DNA of 64,000 bases from an uncultured Phycisphaerales bacterium. GTDB taxonomy: Bacteria > Planctomycetota > Phycisphaerae > Tepidisphaerales > Tepidisphaeraceae. This document shows, in pieces, positions 44,801 to 53,875 of this stretch (within the stretch, counting starts at the first letter, position 1; each line of letters starts with the position of its first letter). A model generated the notes under the pieces. That model saw nothing but the letters and a program-made list of their open reading frames with translations. It searched no databases and had not been told where the DNA came from. A program made the translations under genes and the position numbers. The DNA is taken from NCBI GenBank assembly GCA_963755915.1, contig CAVWLP010000003.1, positions 1,248,001 to 1,312,000 on the forward strand, given 5' to 3'.

Positions 44801-46713
44801 ATTTGTCGTGGGGAACGGCGTCGGCGGGGGCGACGGAATATCGCGTGGAGGCTTCGAACACGAGCGGATTTACGGCGAATGTGGTGACGCAGATTGCGCC
44901 GGCGGGATCGACGGGGTGGTCGTTTACCGGGCTGTCGCCGGGGATTTTGTATTATTTCCAGGTGATCCCGACCTCGCCCGCGGGAGATGCGGGGCCGTCG
45001 CCATCGGCAAGCGCGACGACTTCGGGAACTGCGGCAATTCCGGCGGCGCCGACGAACGTGACGGCGACCGCGGTTTCGAGCGGCCAGATTAACGTGGGGT
45101 GGGCGGACAGCTCGCTGATTGAAACGGGGTATACAATCACGGTTTCTACAAATCCTACATTTACGCAGATCGTGCAGACACTGAGCGCGGCGGCGGGGGC
45201 GACGAGCATTTCGGTGTATGGGCTAAATGGGCTGACGGATTATTACGTGGAGGTTTCGGCGAGCGATTCGAGCGGGTCATCGGCGGCAGTCGCCGCGCCG
45301 GCGACGATTACGCCGATGCCGGTGCCGCTGGCGCAATATACGTTCAGCTCGGTAACCGGAGGCACCGTGCTGGACAGCAGCGGCAACGGAACCGCGGCGA
45401 ATGGAACCATCGTCGGGGGCGTTACTCAGGTCGCGGGGCCGGATAACGGAGAGGCGCTCGCTTTCGATGGATCGACTGGCTACATCAATCTTGGAAATCC
45501 GTCGAAGCTGAATCTCGAAGGGCAATTCACCATCGGGGCGTGGATCAAACCCACGGCAGTGAGCGGGAATTCAGATATCTTCGATCAGGGTTTTGACGGG
45601 CTGGACGAGCCGATCTTTTTCAACCTCACGAGCTCCACAACCGTGAACTTTGGAACGGTGCGATACGACGGATCGTATGACAGCGTCTACGCGACCGGCA
45701 CTTCCAGCACCTCGCTGACGAACGGACAGTGGCACTACGTCGCCGGGGTTTACGATGGGCAAGACTTCAAGGTGTATATCGACGGAGTGTTGGCGGGTGA
45801 AACGGCGGATCCGTACGGAGTGACGTATGGTTGGCAGCCGACGAACATCGGGCGCGATGCTGATGGAGCAGAGAATTTCGACGGGGACATCGCCGATTTG
45901 CAGATATTCGCAAATGGTTTGTCGGCGGCGGATATCGCGAAATTGAGCGCGCCCATCTCGGATACCTGGACGGGGGGAAACTCATCGTGGACGACGGCGG
46001 GGAACTGGAGCGCGGGCGCGACGCCTGGGGGATTCAGCAGCGTGATCATCAACAGCGGGACGGTGGCGGCTGGGACGGCATTTAATGTTGGGTCGCTGGC
46101 GCTGAACGGCGGGACGCTGAACCTGGCCAGCGGGGCTGGAGAGTTCTCGGTGGCATCGCTGACGATCGGATCGAGCGCGAAGCTGAACCTGGAAAATAAC
46201 TTTCTGATGATCGATTACGCGAGCGGCAGCGATCCGATCGCGACGATTGCGGGGTATCTGAAGTCGGGAAGGAATAATGGCGGGTGGAATGGGGTGGGGA
46301 TCGAATCATCATCGGTGGCGACTTATCCGTCGTACGCGATCGGATATTCAGATGGCAAAGACGGCGTGGTGCAGGGACTGCCTTCGGGGCAGATCGAAGT
46401 GAAATTCACGCTGCTGGGGGATGCGAACCTGGATGGAACCGTCAATGGATCGGATTTCTCGATTGTGGCGGCGAATTTTGGGCTGGGAGTGACGAATTGG
46501 GATGAGGGGAATTTCCTGTATGGCACCTCTGTCAACGGATCGGATTTCAGCGCGCTGGCGGCGAATTTCGGTTTGGGCGCAAGCGAGGCAGCGGTGGCAT
46601 TACCCGCGGTTACGCAGCCGTTTTCAAACAGCTTTGCCAGCAGCGCATCCACGAGTAGTGATCCGGCGACGGATCTGGTGAAGGATAAGACACATCGGCC
46701 GCCGAAGAAGTGA
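41877..46713 (+). CDS. Large LEPR-XLL surface protein: L-type lectin-like, beta-sandwich, putative GH-A-like barrel, 2 x FN3, LamG, dockerin-like module (frameshift near 42110)
   Basis: VESLERRLLFS; GFAFVLQ and AYVGFTG; LRFMDF, WINIP, VYVEYSNETW, AYESG; FN3 (VNLSW...YYFQV); WHYVAGVYDG...YIDG; GDANLDGTVNGSDF. Confidence 0.8.
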
Positions 46714-46773
46714 GGGCGGGATTTAAGGAAAAACAAATAGTATTCCGCGGGCGGTGAAAGTAAGCTTGGGGGG

Positions 46774-47247
46774 ATGGAAGGCGTTCTCCCGCCGCAAACG
46801 GAGCGCGGCTCGGGTTTTGAGCCCGCGCGGGTTCGTCAATTCACGGTTTTCCTGGAGAACCGGGTGGGACGGCTCCAGGGGTTGCTGGGGGCGCTGGAGA
46901 CGGCGGCGCATCCGATCCGGGCGCTTTCAATCGAGGAGTCGGGGGATTCGGCGCTGGTGCGATTGATTTGCGGCGCGACCGACTCGGTGCGCATTACGCT
47001 CAAGGAGGCGGGGTTTCCGTTTGGCGAGCTGGATCTTCTGGCGGTGCAGATTCCGAAAAGGAATCCCCAGCCGCTGATCGCGATCTGCTCGACGCTTCTG
47101 GCCGCCGAGATCAACATTCACTACATCTATCCATTTCTTCTCGGTCCGCACGGGCCGGCGCTGGCGCTTTATGTGGACGAACCAACGCTGGCGGAACAAT
47201 TGCTGATCAAAAATGGGTTCGTGCTGATCGCGGAATCGGACCTATAA
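46774..47247 (+). CDS. Tandem ACT-domain protein
   Basis: RQFTVFLENRVGRL, IRALSI, LVRLI, AEINIHYIYP. Confidence 0.85.
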   Translation: MEGVLPPQTERGSGFEPARVRQFTVFLENRVGRLQGLLGALETAAHPIRALSIEESGDSALVRLICGATDSVRITLKEAGFPFGELDLLAVQIPKRNPQPLIAICSTLLAAEINIHYIYPFLLGPHGPALALYVDEPTLAEQLLIKNGFVLIAESDL

Positions 47248-47349
47248 ACGAATCACATCGCGCGGAAAACCCTAGGGCGTCGACGGTCGTGTCAGGGAAC
47301 CCAGATTGCCGATATTGACACGGCCACGCAATTCACCGGAGCGCATGGT

Positions 47350-48372
47350 TTGCAGCAGCCGATAAAATCCAGATTCTCGATTTATGGCGCTTCCGTTGCC
47401 GTTGCAAACGGATGCGGGCAGCTCGACGATGCGCTGCGGCTGTTTCTGCGCCCGTTTGAGCTCAAGCGAAATGGCGGCGAGGGGCTGGAGACGATTGGGG
47501 AGATTCGTCCATTCGAGCTGGGGGAAGTGACGCGATCCTTGCTCTCGGCGGGGGAAACGGAGCGGCGGTCGGACCCGCTGGTGGCGATTTATTCCGGCGG
47601 CGAGCGGCACTGGGTGCTGGACGACCGCTGGGGGGTTTGCGAGATCGATCTGCTGCGGCACCGGTGGCGAAGCTGGGTGCTGCCGCATACGTCGCTGGAT
47701 GCGGTGCAGCTTGTGGAGTCGGCGGTAATGCAGCCGATGGCGCAGTTGCTTCGCCCGCGCGGGGTGGAGCTGATCCCGGCGGTATCGCTGGAGCGCGGGG
47801 GGTGGGCGGCGCTGGTGATCGCGCCGTATCCGATCACGGCGGAAGTTTCGCGGGCGATTCGCGCGGGATACCGGGTGATCGGACAGAGGTGGACGGCGCT
47901 GCTGCGCAAGAGCGATCGGATCGTGCTGCGGCACGTGCCGGGCGTGATGGAACTGCCGCGCGGCGGGAAGTGGATTGGGAAGAGCATTGAGTGGAAGGAT
48001 GTCACTGGCGACAACCCCTGGGCCGCCGCGGAGACGGCCTGGTGTGACGCGGTGGTGACGATCGGCGCGGGCCGACGGTCGCGGTCGTGCGGGCGGATCG
48101 TGCCGGCGCATGAGGCGCGGGGGCTTCTGCGGCGGGCGCGGTCGAGTTCCCCCCTGCCGCTGGATTGGGCATGCCTTCAACACTGTGCGCCGGCGTTGGC
48201 GCAGCGGTGCATGTGCATGCATGTGGAGCTTTCGCGGCATGAGGAGGAATTTCTCCAGCTACTGGAGATTCTGCGGAAGCGGACGGCGGCGAAGGTGGAA
48301 GTATCGGTGTTTGGGGCGGCGACGGTGAAGCGGAATGAGAGAGTTGGAATTCGGGTGGGGAACAAGATTTGA
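47350..48372 (+). CDS. Hypothetical protein, possibly a degenerate HPr-kinase-related fold
   Basis: 340-aa ORF with host-like codon use; LIPAVSLERGGWAALVIAP resembles the HprK pre-P-loop segment, but no GxGKS/T follows. Confidence 0.5.
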   Translation: MQQPIKSRFSIYGASVAVANGCGQLDDALRLFLRPFELKRNGGEGLETIGEIRPFELGEVTRSLLSAGETERRSDPLVAIYSGGERHWVLDDRWGVCEIDLLRHRWRSWVLPHTSLDAVQLVESAVMQPMAQLLRPRGVELIPAVSLERGGWAALVIAPYPITAEVSRAIRAGYRVIGQRWTALLRKSDRIVLRHVPGVMELPRGGKWIGKSIEWKDVTGDNPWAAAETAWCDAVVTIGAGRRSRSCGRIVPAHEARGLLRRARSSSPLPLDWACLQHCAPALAQRCMCMHVELSRHEEEFLQLLEILRKRTAAKVEVSVFGAATVKRNERVGIRVGNKI

Positions 48373-48402
48373 AATTTGAAATTTGAGATTTGAGATTTCA
48401 GA
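48366..48402. repeat. Heptamer tandem repeat (RATTTGA)n
   Basis: gatttga aatttga aatttga gatttga gatttca. Confidence 0.8.
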
Positions 48403-48406
48403 ATTC

Positions 48407-48503
48407 GGTCCGCTTGGGCTCCGTATCGAAATTTGAATTCCCCACGGCAGCGCGGCTCGACTGAGCTCGCCGAAGTCCGTGGGCGTTCCGGGAGCAAACT
48501 GAC
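48407..48503. repeat. Composite palindromic element, copy B (with 24-bp insert at 48454-48477)
   Basis: Insert identical to the one in copy A. Confidence 0.88.
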
Positions 48504-48523
48504 TTACGGCCCCAAATTCCGGG

Positions 48524-49291
48524 TCATTCCCCGTCGACACGCTGATATCGGTAGGCGGCGCGATATAAGCCGCGGACTTCGTTGCTTTTGACGATGGTGG
48601 CGCGGTATTTTTCGTTGCGCGGCTGGAGGCGGACGACGGGGAGGCGGGCAGCGCCGTCCGCTTCGTAGAAGATGCGCTTGAAGGTGGTTTGGCCGTCGGT
48701 GAAGCGGATGAAGCAATCGTCGCCGTTTCTGGCGGGGAGGGATGGGGAGAAGATGACGATGTCTCCGTCGCAATAGTTGGGGGTCATGGTGTCGCCGTGA
48801 ACGCGGGCGGCGAAGGCGTCTTTGTCGGCGATGCCGGGGCAGGCGACATACTTGTCGGATGATTTGGGGGGAAAGGGGCCATCGGGCGCGTCTTCGGTGC
48901 GGTTGATGACCGGGATGGCATTGGCGGTGATGGGGGCGAGGGTATGTTCGCTTTTGGCGACGAGTTCGCGGAGGACGCCGGAGAATTCGTGGGTATCGTC
49001 GGGCGAGCCGTTGGCGCCCCCCTGCTTTCGGGTATCGAGGAGCCTTCCGAGCATGGCGCGGACATCGGAGGGGGTTCTCTGAAGATGGGCCTGGGTAAGG
49101 AGTTCGGCGCTGGCGAAGCCGAGGGATTGTTCGAGGCGTTTGAGTTTTTCGTCGCTGGGGGGATTGGGGACGCGGCCGGTCTCGATGAGGGAGAGATAGG
49201 GCTTGGAAATGCCGGTGCGGCCGGAGAGTTCGTCGAGGGTTAGGCCGAGGCGACGGCGCTGCTTGCGAAGTTTGATGCCGAGGGGTTCCAT
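48524..49291 (-). CDS. XRE-family HTH + S24 peptidase-like domain repressor (LexA/CI-like)
   Basis: LRKQRRRLGLTLDELSGRTGISKPYLSLIETG; FAARVHGDTM.P...GDIV; TFKR; LQPRNEKY. Likely ATG at 49291. Confidence 0.9.
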   Translation of the reverse strand: MEPLGIKLRKQRRRLGLTLDELSGRTGISKPYLSLIETGRVPNPPSDEKLKRLEQSLGFASAELLTQAHLQRTPSDVRAMLGRLLDTRKQGGANGSPDDTHEFSGVLRELVAKSEHTLAPITANAIPVINRTEDAPDGPFPPKSSDKYVACPGIADKDAFAARVHGDTMTPNYCDGDIVIFSPSLPARNGDDCFIRFTDGQTTFKRIFYEADGAARLPVVRLQPRNEKYRATIVKSNEVRGLYRAAYRYQRVDGE

Positions 49292-49341
49292 TTTTTCGAA
49301 ACTGGGGAATGAATAGCTGATTTGAGCGTAGAAATCAAGAA

Positions 49342-49363
49342 AAATATCTAACAAATACCTAAC
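49342..49363 (-). promoter_or_regulatory. 11-bp direct repeat, candidate operator upstream of the repressor
   Basis: Minus strand GTTAGGTATTT GTTAGATATTT; contains GGTATTTGTTAG, identical to 16078-16089. Confidence 0.55.
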
Positions 49364-49460
49364 TACGGAATTAGGATCTCACGCAGAGGCGCGGAGAAGG
49401 TAAATTTCTGTTTTCCATTGCGCCTTTGCCTCTGCGGAAGGTTTTTTCTTTCGAGGTTGA

Positions 49461-49683
49461 GGTGAGGCTGAAGGAGCGGGCAGTTCCCACATTTTCCCAA
49501 AATTTCTCACTTTTCGGGGTTTCTCACACCGAGCGATACTTTGCAGATCGGCCCCCTCCCCAACCCTCCCCCGGATTACCGGGGGCGGGGGTTAAGGCGC
49601 GCGCGAGGGCGAGCAGTTGGAGTTCGGTGAGGTTGTAGGAGCGGGAAGCTCTCACTTTATCCCAAAATATCTCACTTTCGGGG
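49461..49683. repeat. Two degenerate ~58-bp direct repeats flanking a REP hairpin
   Basis: 49461-49519 versus 49626-49683 (ggtgagg.tg.aggagcggg...cccaaaat.tctcacttt..gggg); REP at 49546-49590. Confidence 0.7.
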
Positions 49684-49781
49684 ATGGTGTTACCTGTCCT
49701 ACCCACGATTGGTTGGCGCGGTGAAGATTGCCGATTGCCAAATGCCGAATTGGAAGAGGCGCAGGGAAAAAATAGTACGCG

Positions 49782-49843
49782 TCTATATACAGGTCCAAAA
49801 GGTGTACGTTTTGTACCTATTTTTGGGAAATCGGGGGATTTTT
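49782..49843. repeat. 62-bp dispersed AT-rich repeat, copy 2
   Basis: 59/62 identical to 5160-5221. Confidence 0.9.
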
Positions 49844-49898
49844 GGGTTGAGATTGTTGAAGTTCGAAAGAATCTGCAAGGGGTTTGGGCGTAATCCGG

Positions 49899-49986
49899 GG
49901 TGGTGGGTCAGTTTGGGCTCCAGGTCGAAATACGAAATCCCCACGGCAGCGCCGTGGGCGTTCGGGGAGCGAACTGACCCAGTACC
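49899..49986. repeat. Composite palindromic element, copy C (empty site)
   Basis: Perfect inner hairpin cccacggc-agc-gccgtggg; outer IR gggtcagtt...aactgaccc. Confidence 0.88.
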
Positions 49987-50021
49987 TAATCCGGGACGTG
50001 CGAATCTTTTCTTCCATCAAC

Positions 50022-50597
50022 TCACGCCGGGCCGTTTTCTTCGAGTTGATAGAGCATGGGGCTGAAGCGACGGTTGGCCCATTTTAGGGAGTCGTGGAGG
50101 TAGTAGGCGAAGATGGCGAGGGTGATGAGGAGGAGGATGCCGGTGATGATGTGGCGGGGGCGGAATTTTCGGATGGAGGAGCCGTAGGCGATGAGGCCGA
50201 GGAGGCCGGCGACGGTGACGACGGCGTCGTAGCTGGCGCGCTGCCAGTAGAGGCCACCCAGGTGGAGCCACATGCCGAATTCGTCGAAAGTGAGGCCGAG
50301 GCCGATGGCGTAGATGACGGCGGTGAGGGAGAGCCAAGTTCCAGCGGGGCGGGCGAAGAGGAGGACGGCGCCGGTGATGCTGAGGAGAAATATGCCGTAG
50401 TTGAGGTGATGGACATGCGTGCCCTTCACGTGGAAGAAGAGTCCCGGGGGGAGTTTGCCGGCCATGATGAAGATGACCAGGATGCGGGCGATGATGAAAG
50501 TGAAGACGAAGCCTGCGAAAACCAGGCGAGCGAGGTGATTGCGCTGGAGGGTGATTTCATCGCGAGTCAAAAGCGGTGGGGAATCTTGCGCGGTCAT
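50022..50597 (-). CDS. Integral membrane protein of unknown function
   Basis: Several TM helices; HVHHLNYGI and LTFDEFGMWLHL..YW motifs. Confidence 0.75.
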   Translation of the reverse strand: MTAQDSPPLLTRDEITLQRNHLARLVFAGFVFTFIIARILVIFIMAGKLPPGLFFHVKGTHVHHLNYGIFLLSITGAVLLFARPAGTWLSLTAVIYAIGLGLTFDEFGMWLHLGGLYWQRASYDAVVTVAGLLGLIAYGSSIRKFRPRHIITGILLLITLAIFAYYLHDSLKWANRRFSPMLYQLEENGPA

Positions 50598-52480
50598 TTT
50601 TGCTCCTGGGTTATCTTGATAAGTTGAGTGGCGGTTCCCAGAGGCGTCAGCCTGTGGTCCTGGGCGCCGCGATTATAAAGGTAAAAGATGCGATCCGGCG
50701 CGATGTGGGCGTAATATTGGTAAAGGGGCCGGTCTTGATCGCCGGGCTTGGCGACATCGGAAACTGAGGGGTTGAGATCGTGGGCGCGGATGATGGGGGC
50801 GTCGTCGGGCCAGGCGACGTCGCTATTGAAGACGGGCTCTTCGGAGGGGTTGCTGCGGCCGGGGTTGAAATGAAAGAGGACTACCGCGGGGGCGGTGACA
50901 TTTTTGGAGATATCGGCGTCGATCTGCGGCAGTTCGATGGGCTTGAAATATTGATCGTAGACAAGGCGATTGAGCTGCGGCGCACCCATGAGCGCCAGCC
51001 CAGCGATGGCCGGGCACATCATCGTTCGAATCATCGCGGCCCGGGCGGGAAAAAGGTCGGCGAGAAATCGGACCGGCAGGAGGCACAAAAGGATGAAAGC
51101 CGGGAAGACCATCAGGTAATAGTGGGGCAGGACCCAGGAGAAGGCGTAGGCTGAAATGAGCAGCACAAAGACCGGGAGCATTCCCCAGACGGCCCAATAG
51201 CGGCGGTTCCACATCGCCAGGAGTGAGATGGGGAGAATGACCCAGAAGAAGGGATCGGGGACGGCGACATTGCGAATCATTTGTATTTGTGACCGGAGGC
51301 CGACGCTGACAAAGTTGATGAGCTGGTGTTGCTCAATGACGCTTTTGGCGTTGGCCTCGTAGAAAAGCTGTCTCTCGGGGAGATCGGAGACGTGCTGGGG
51401 GGCAAGGCCGGTGTGGAAGCCGAAGACGCCGGGATAGTTGGCGTCGTTATATTTGCCGAAGGGGGTGGTGAGCAAATGGCCGGTGATGTGGTGGTTGAGC
51501 GTGAGTTGGAGCAGTAGAAACGGGATAACGGGAATGATGATCGCGGCGAGAATGGGAAAGAGTTGCGAGCCAGGTTCCCTGGTCTTCTTTCGCAATTCGA
51601 GTGAGTCCCAGATCATGACGACAGCTAGAACCACTGCAAAGCAGAGCCCATCGGCCGGACGGGTAATCGCGGACCACCCCGCCGCTGCGCCAACGAGAAC
51701 AAGCCATTTCCAGTTCCTTTTTCTCCGCCACCGCAAAACTCCCCAAGTCATCAGAAGTCCCAGCAGCAGCGCGGGCGTCTGGGCCATGGGCATGATGGAG
51801 AGCATGCGAAACATCGAGGCGGTGATCGGAGCGCAGGGCAGGCAGAGCAAGATCAAAACCGCGAGGAGGGCGCACACTCCATCGAGAATCTCGGTGAAAA
51901 CGAGGTAGATCATGACGGCGCACAGGCCGCTGACGGCAAGGGGGCCGAAATAGTAGGGCAATCCGAGCCAGAGGGCGGGGACGAACATCATGGCGGCGCC
52001 CGGGAAATACATGGAGGCGTAGACCGGGATGACGAACATGTAGAAGGTTTCGAAATAGCGAGGGAGGGGAATGGGCGGCATCCAGAAATGGCCGTGGGCG
52101 AGCATGCGCATCTGGATCAGGTAGCTGAATTCGTCCTCCCATTTGGGGTGAAACGTGATCTTCTGGCATCGCTGAGACGAGTAGAGGAAAAATGTGGATG
52201 CGATCCAGATGGCCAGGCAGATCAGGCGGCGGGTGCGCGGCGATGGGTGCGCGATGGCGATGTAGAGGCGGTTGAAGGCGCGGTTGATGGGAGGGATCAG
52301 GCCGGCGATCAGGCAGGCGAGGAGGATTCGGGATTTGCGGGGCGGGCCGTAATCTCCGGCGCCCAGGACGAGCCAGCATTCGACGCCGAGGAGGAGGAGA
52401 ATTGGAACGAGCCAGCGGGCGAGGCGCGGGCTGAGCCAGGAGATTGGAGAGGGAGGAACAGTGGAGGGAATATCGCCCAT
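50594..52480 (-). CDS. Polytopic membrane protein, probable GT-C-fold glycosyltransferase
   Basis: EDEFSY, YASMYFPG, TRP, many TM helices; start MGDIPS at 52480 (C-terminal part of ORF 50594-53323). Confidence 0.7.
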   Translation of the reverse strand: MGDIPSTVPPSPISWLSPRLARWLVPILLLLGVECWLVLGAGDYGPPRKSRILLACLIAGLIPPINRAFNRLYIAIAHPSPRTRRLICLAIWIASTFFLYSSQRCQKITFHPKWEDEFSYLIQMRMLAHGHFWMPPIPLPRYFETFYMFVIPVYASMYFPGAAMMFVPALWLGLPYYFGPLAVSGLCAVMIYLVFTEILDGVCALLAVLILLCLPCAPITASMFRMLSIMPMAQTPALLLGLLMTWGVLRWRRKRNWKWLVLVGAAAGWSAITRPADGLCFAVVLAVVMIWDSLELRKKTREPGSQLFPILAAIIIPVIPFLLLQLTLNHHITGHLLTTPFGKYNDANYPGVFGFHTGLAPQHVSDLPERQLFYEANAKSVIEQHQLINFVSVGLRSQIQMIRNVAVPDPFFWVILPISLLAMWNRRYWAVWGMLPVFVLLISAYAFSWVLPHYYLMVFPAFILLCLLPVRFLADLFPARAAMIRTMMCPAIAGLALMGAPQLNRLVYDQYFKPIELPQIDADISKNVTAPAVVLFHFNPGRSNPSEEPVFNSDVAWPDDAPIIRAHDLNPSVSDVAKPGDQDRPLYQYYAHIAPDRIFYLYNRGAQDHRLTPLGTATQLIKITQEQK

Positions 52481-52500
52481 TTCCTGCCGCGAGGAGCAGG

Positions 52501-53100
52501 TTATATCCGGCGATTGGGGTCGGCGGAAATCAGGGAGAGGACTTCGGCGCGGCTGGTGGGGCTGTCTTTGAAGATTCCGCGGAGGGCGCTGGTGACCATG
52601 ACGCTGCCAGGTTTTTTTACGCCGCGGATGGTCATGCAGGTGTGAACGGCCTCGACGACGCAGGCGGCGCCGATGGGGTTCAACTCTTCCATCAGGGCAT
52701 CGGCGATTTGCGTGGTCAGGCGTTCCTGAACCTGGGGGCGGCGGGCGTAGCCCTCGACAAGGCGGGCGAGCTTGCTCAGGCCGACGACTTTTCCATCGGG
52801 CAGATAGGCGACGTGGGCGCGACCCATGAAGGGAAGCAGGTGGTGCTCGCAAACGGAATGGAAATCGATGTCGCGGAGAAGGACGATTTCGTCGTAGCGT
52901 TCGGTGAAAACGGTGCGGAGATGGGTGCGGGGATTTTCGCTGAGGCCGGAGAAAAGCTCGGCGTAGGTTCGGGCGACGCGCGCGGGGGTTTGGGCGAGTC
53001 CCTCGCGGTCGGGATTTTCGCCGACGGCGAGGAGGATTTCGCGAACCGCGCGTTCGATGCGCGGGTGGTCGACGGCGGGGGATCGGGGTTTGTCGGGCAT
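52501..53100 (-). CDS. folE: GTP cyclohydrolase I
   Basis: [48 protein letters not shown]. Confidence 0.96.
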   Translation of the reverse strand: MPDKPRSPAVDHPRIERAVREILLAVGENPDREGLAQTPARVARTYAELFSGLSENPRTHLRTVFTERYDEIVLLRDIDFHSVCEHHLLPFMGRAHVAYLPDGKVVGLSKLARLVEGYARRPQVQERLTTQIADALMEELNPIGAACVVEAVHTCMTIRGVKKPGSVMVTSALRGIFKDSPTSRAEVLSLISADPNRRI

Positions 53101-53180
53101 GGGAGGGGCTCTCCGAAAGGGGATTATAGGCGGCGCTGCGCGAGAGAGTAGAGTGGTAGATAGTAGAGCAGTAGACAAGA

Positions 53181-53229
53181 GCCCTCACCCCCACCCTCTC
53201 CCGGAGTACCGGGCGAGGGGGTAAGAGGG
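53181..53229. repeat. REP-like element CCCTCACCCC.ACCCTCTCCCGGAGTACCGGGCGAGGGG (type copy; about 7 relatives in the window)
   Basis: Relatives near 19790-19860, 30045-30080, 33146-33190, 49546-49590, 59358-59422 (inverted) and 59446-59494. Confidence 0.8.
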
Positions 53230-53369
53230 GGGAAGGGAACATGCGATTGCCTTGGGTGGGAATCACAAAATGTTTGGAAATTCCGTCGTGTTCGGTATTC
53301 ATTCGGCATGTTTGGATTGCCAATCTGCATTCTTATCAAAGCACGGGTCATTTTGTGCAAAGGCGTTGA

Positions 53370-53398
53370 TTGAATCTCTGACCCCCCCGCCGTAATCT
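53370..53398 (+). promoter_or_regulatory. Sigma70-like promoter of the sugar-acid operon
   Basis: TTGAAT N17 TAATCT, 17 nt upstream of the ATG at 53416. Confidence 0.5.
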
Positions 53399-53415
53399 GT
53401 CCCGCCCTGTTACTT

Positions 53416-53859
53416 ATGTTGAAGACCAAGGTTTTGCATCCCGAAATGCTGGGAGGCCTAGCGTCGGCCGGCCATCTTGCCAAGGTGTTGATCAGCGATG
53501 GGAATTATCCCAGCAGCACGGTTCCCAATCCGCGCCGAAGGTTGTGTGGGCGAATTTTACGCCGGGCGTGGTGGATGCGTGCACGATCCTGCGGCTGGTG
53601 TGCGGGCAGATTCCGATTGAGGCGGTGGAAGTGATGGCACCGGCGCAGCGGGATGTATGCGATGCAGAATGATCCGCCGATCTGGGATGAGTACCGCAAA
53701 ATCCTCCGTGAGGAGGCGGATTTTCGCGGGGATCTCGTCCAGCACCAGAAACCGGAATTCAATGCGCAGGCGCGAAGCGAGAATTTGGCACTGGTGATCG
53801 CGACGGCGGAGACACAGATTTACGCGAATATTCTTTTGACGGTTGGAGTCGTTCAATAA
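53416..53859 (+). CDS. RbsD/FucU-family sugar mutarotase (frameshift near 53535)
   Basis: MLK...LHP...LA.AGH...LISDGNYP; C-terminal LVIATAETQIYANILLTVGV. Confidence 0.85.
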
Positions 53860-53875
53860 CAAAAAGGAAAGAGCC

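Noticed and set aside
49461-49683. Mini CRISPR array
   Set aside because: Only two degenerate ~58-bp units with a long spacer that contains a REP; no cas genes.
48524-49990. Prophage immunity region around the CI-like repressor
   Set aside because: No divergent cro, integrase or phage structural genes; the neighbours are ordinary chromosomal genes.
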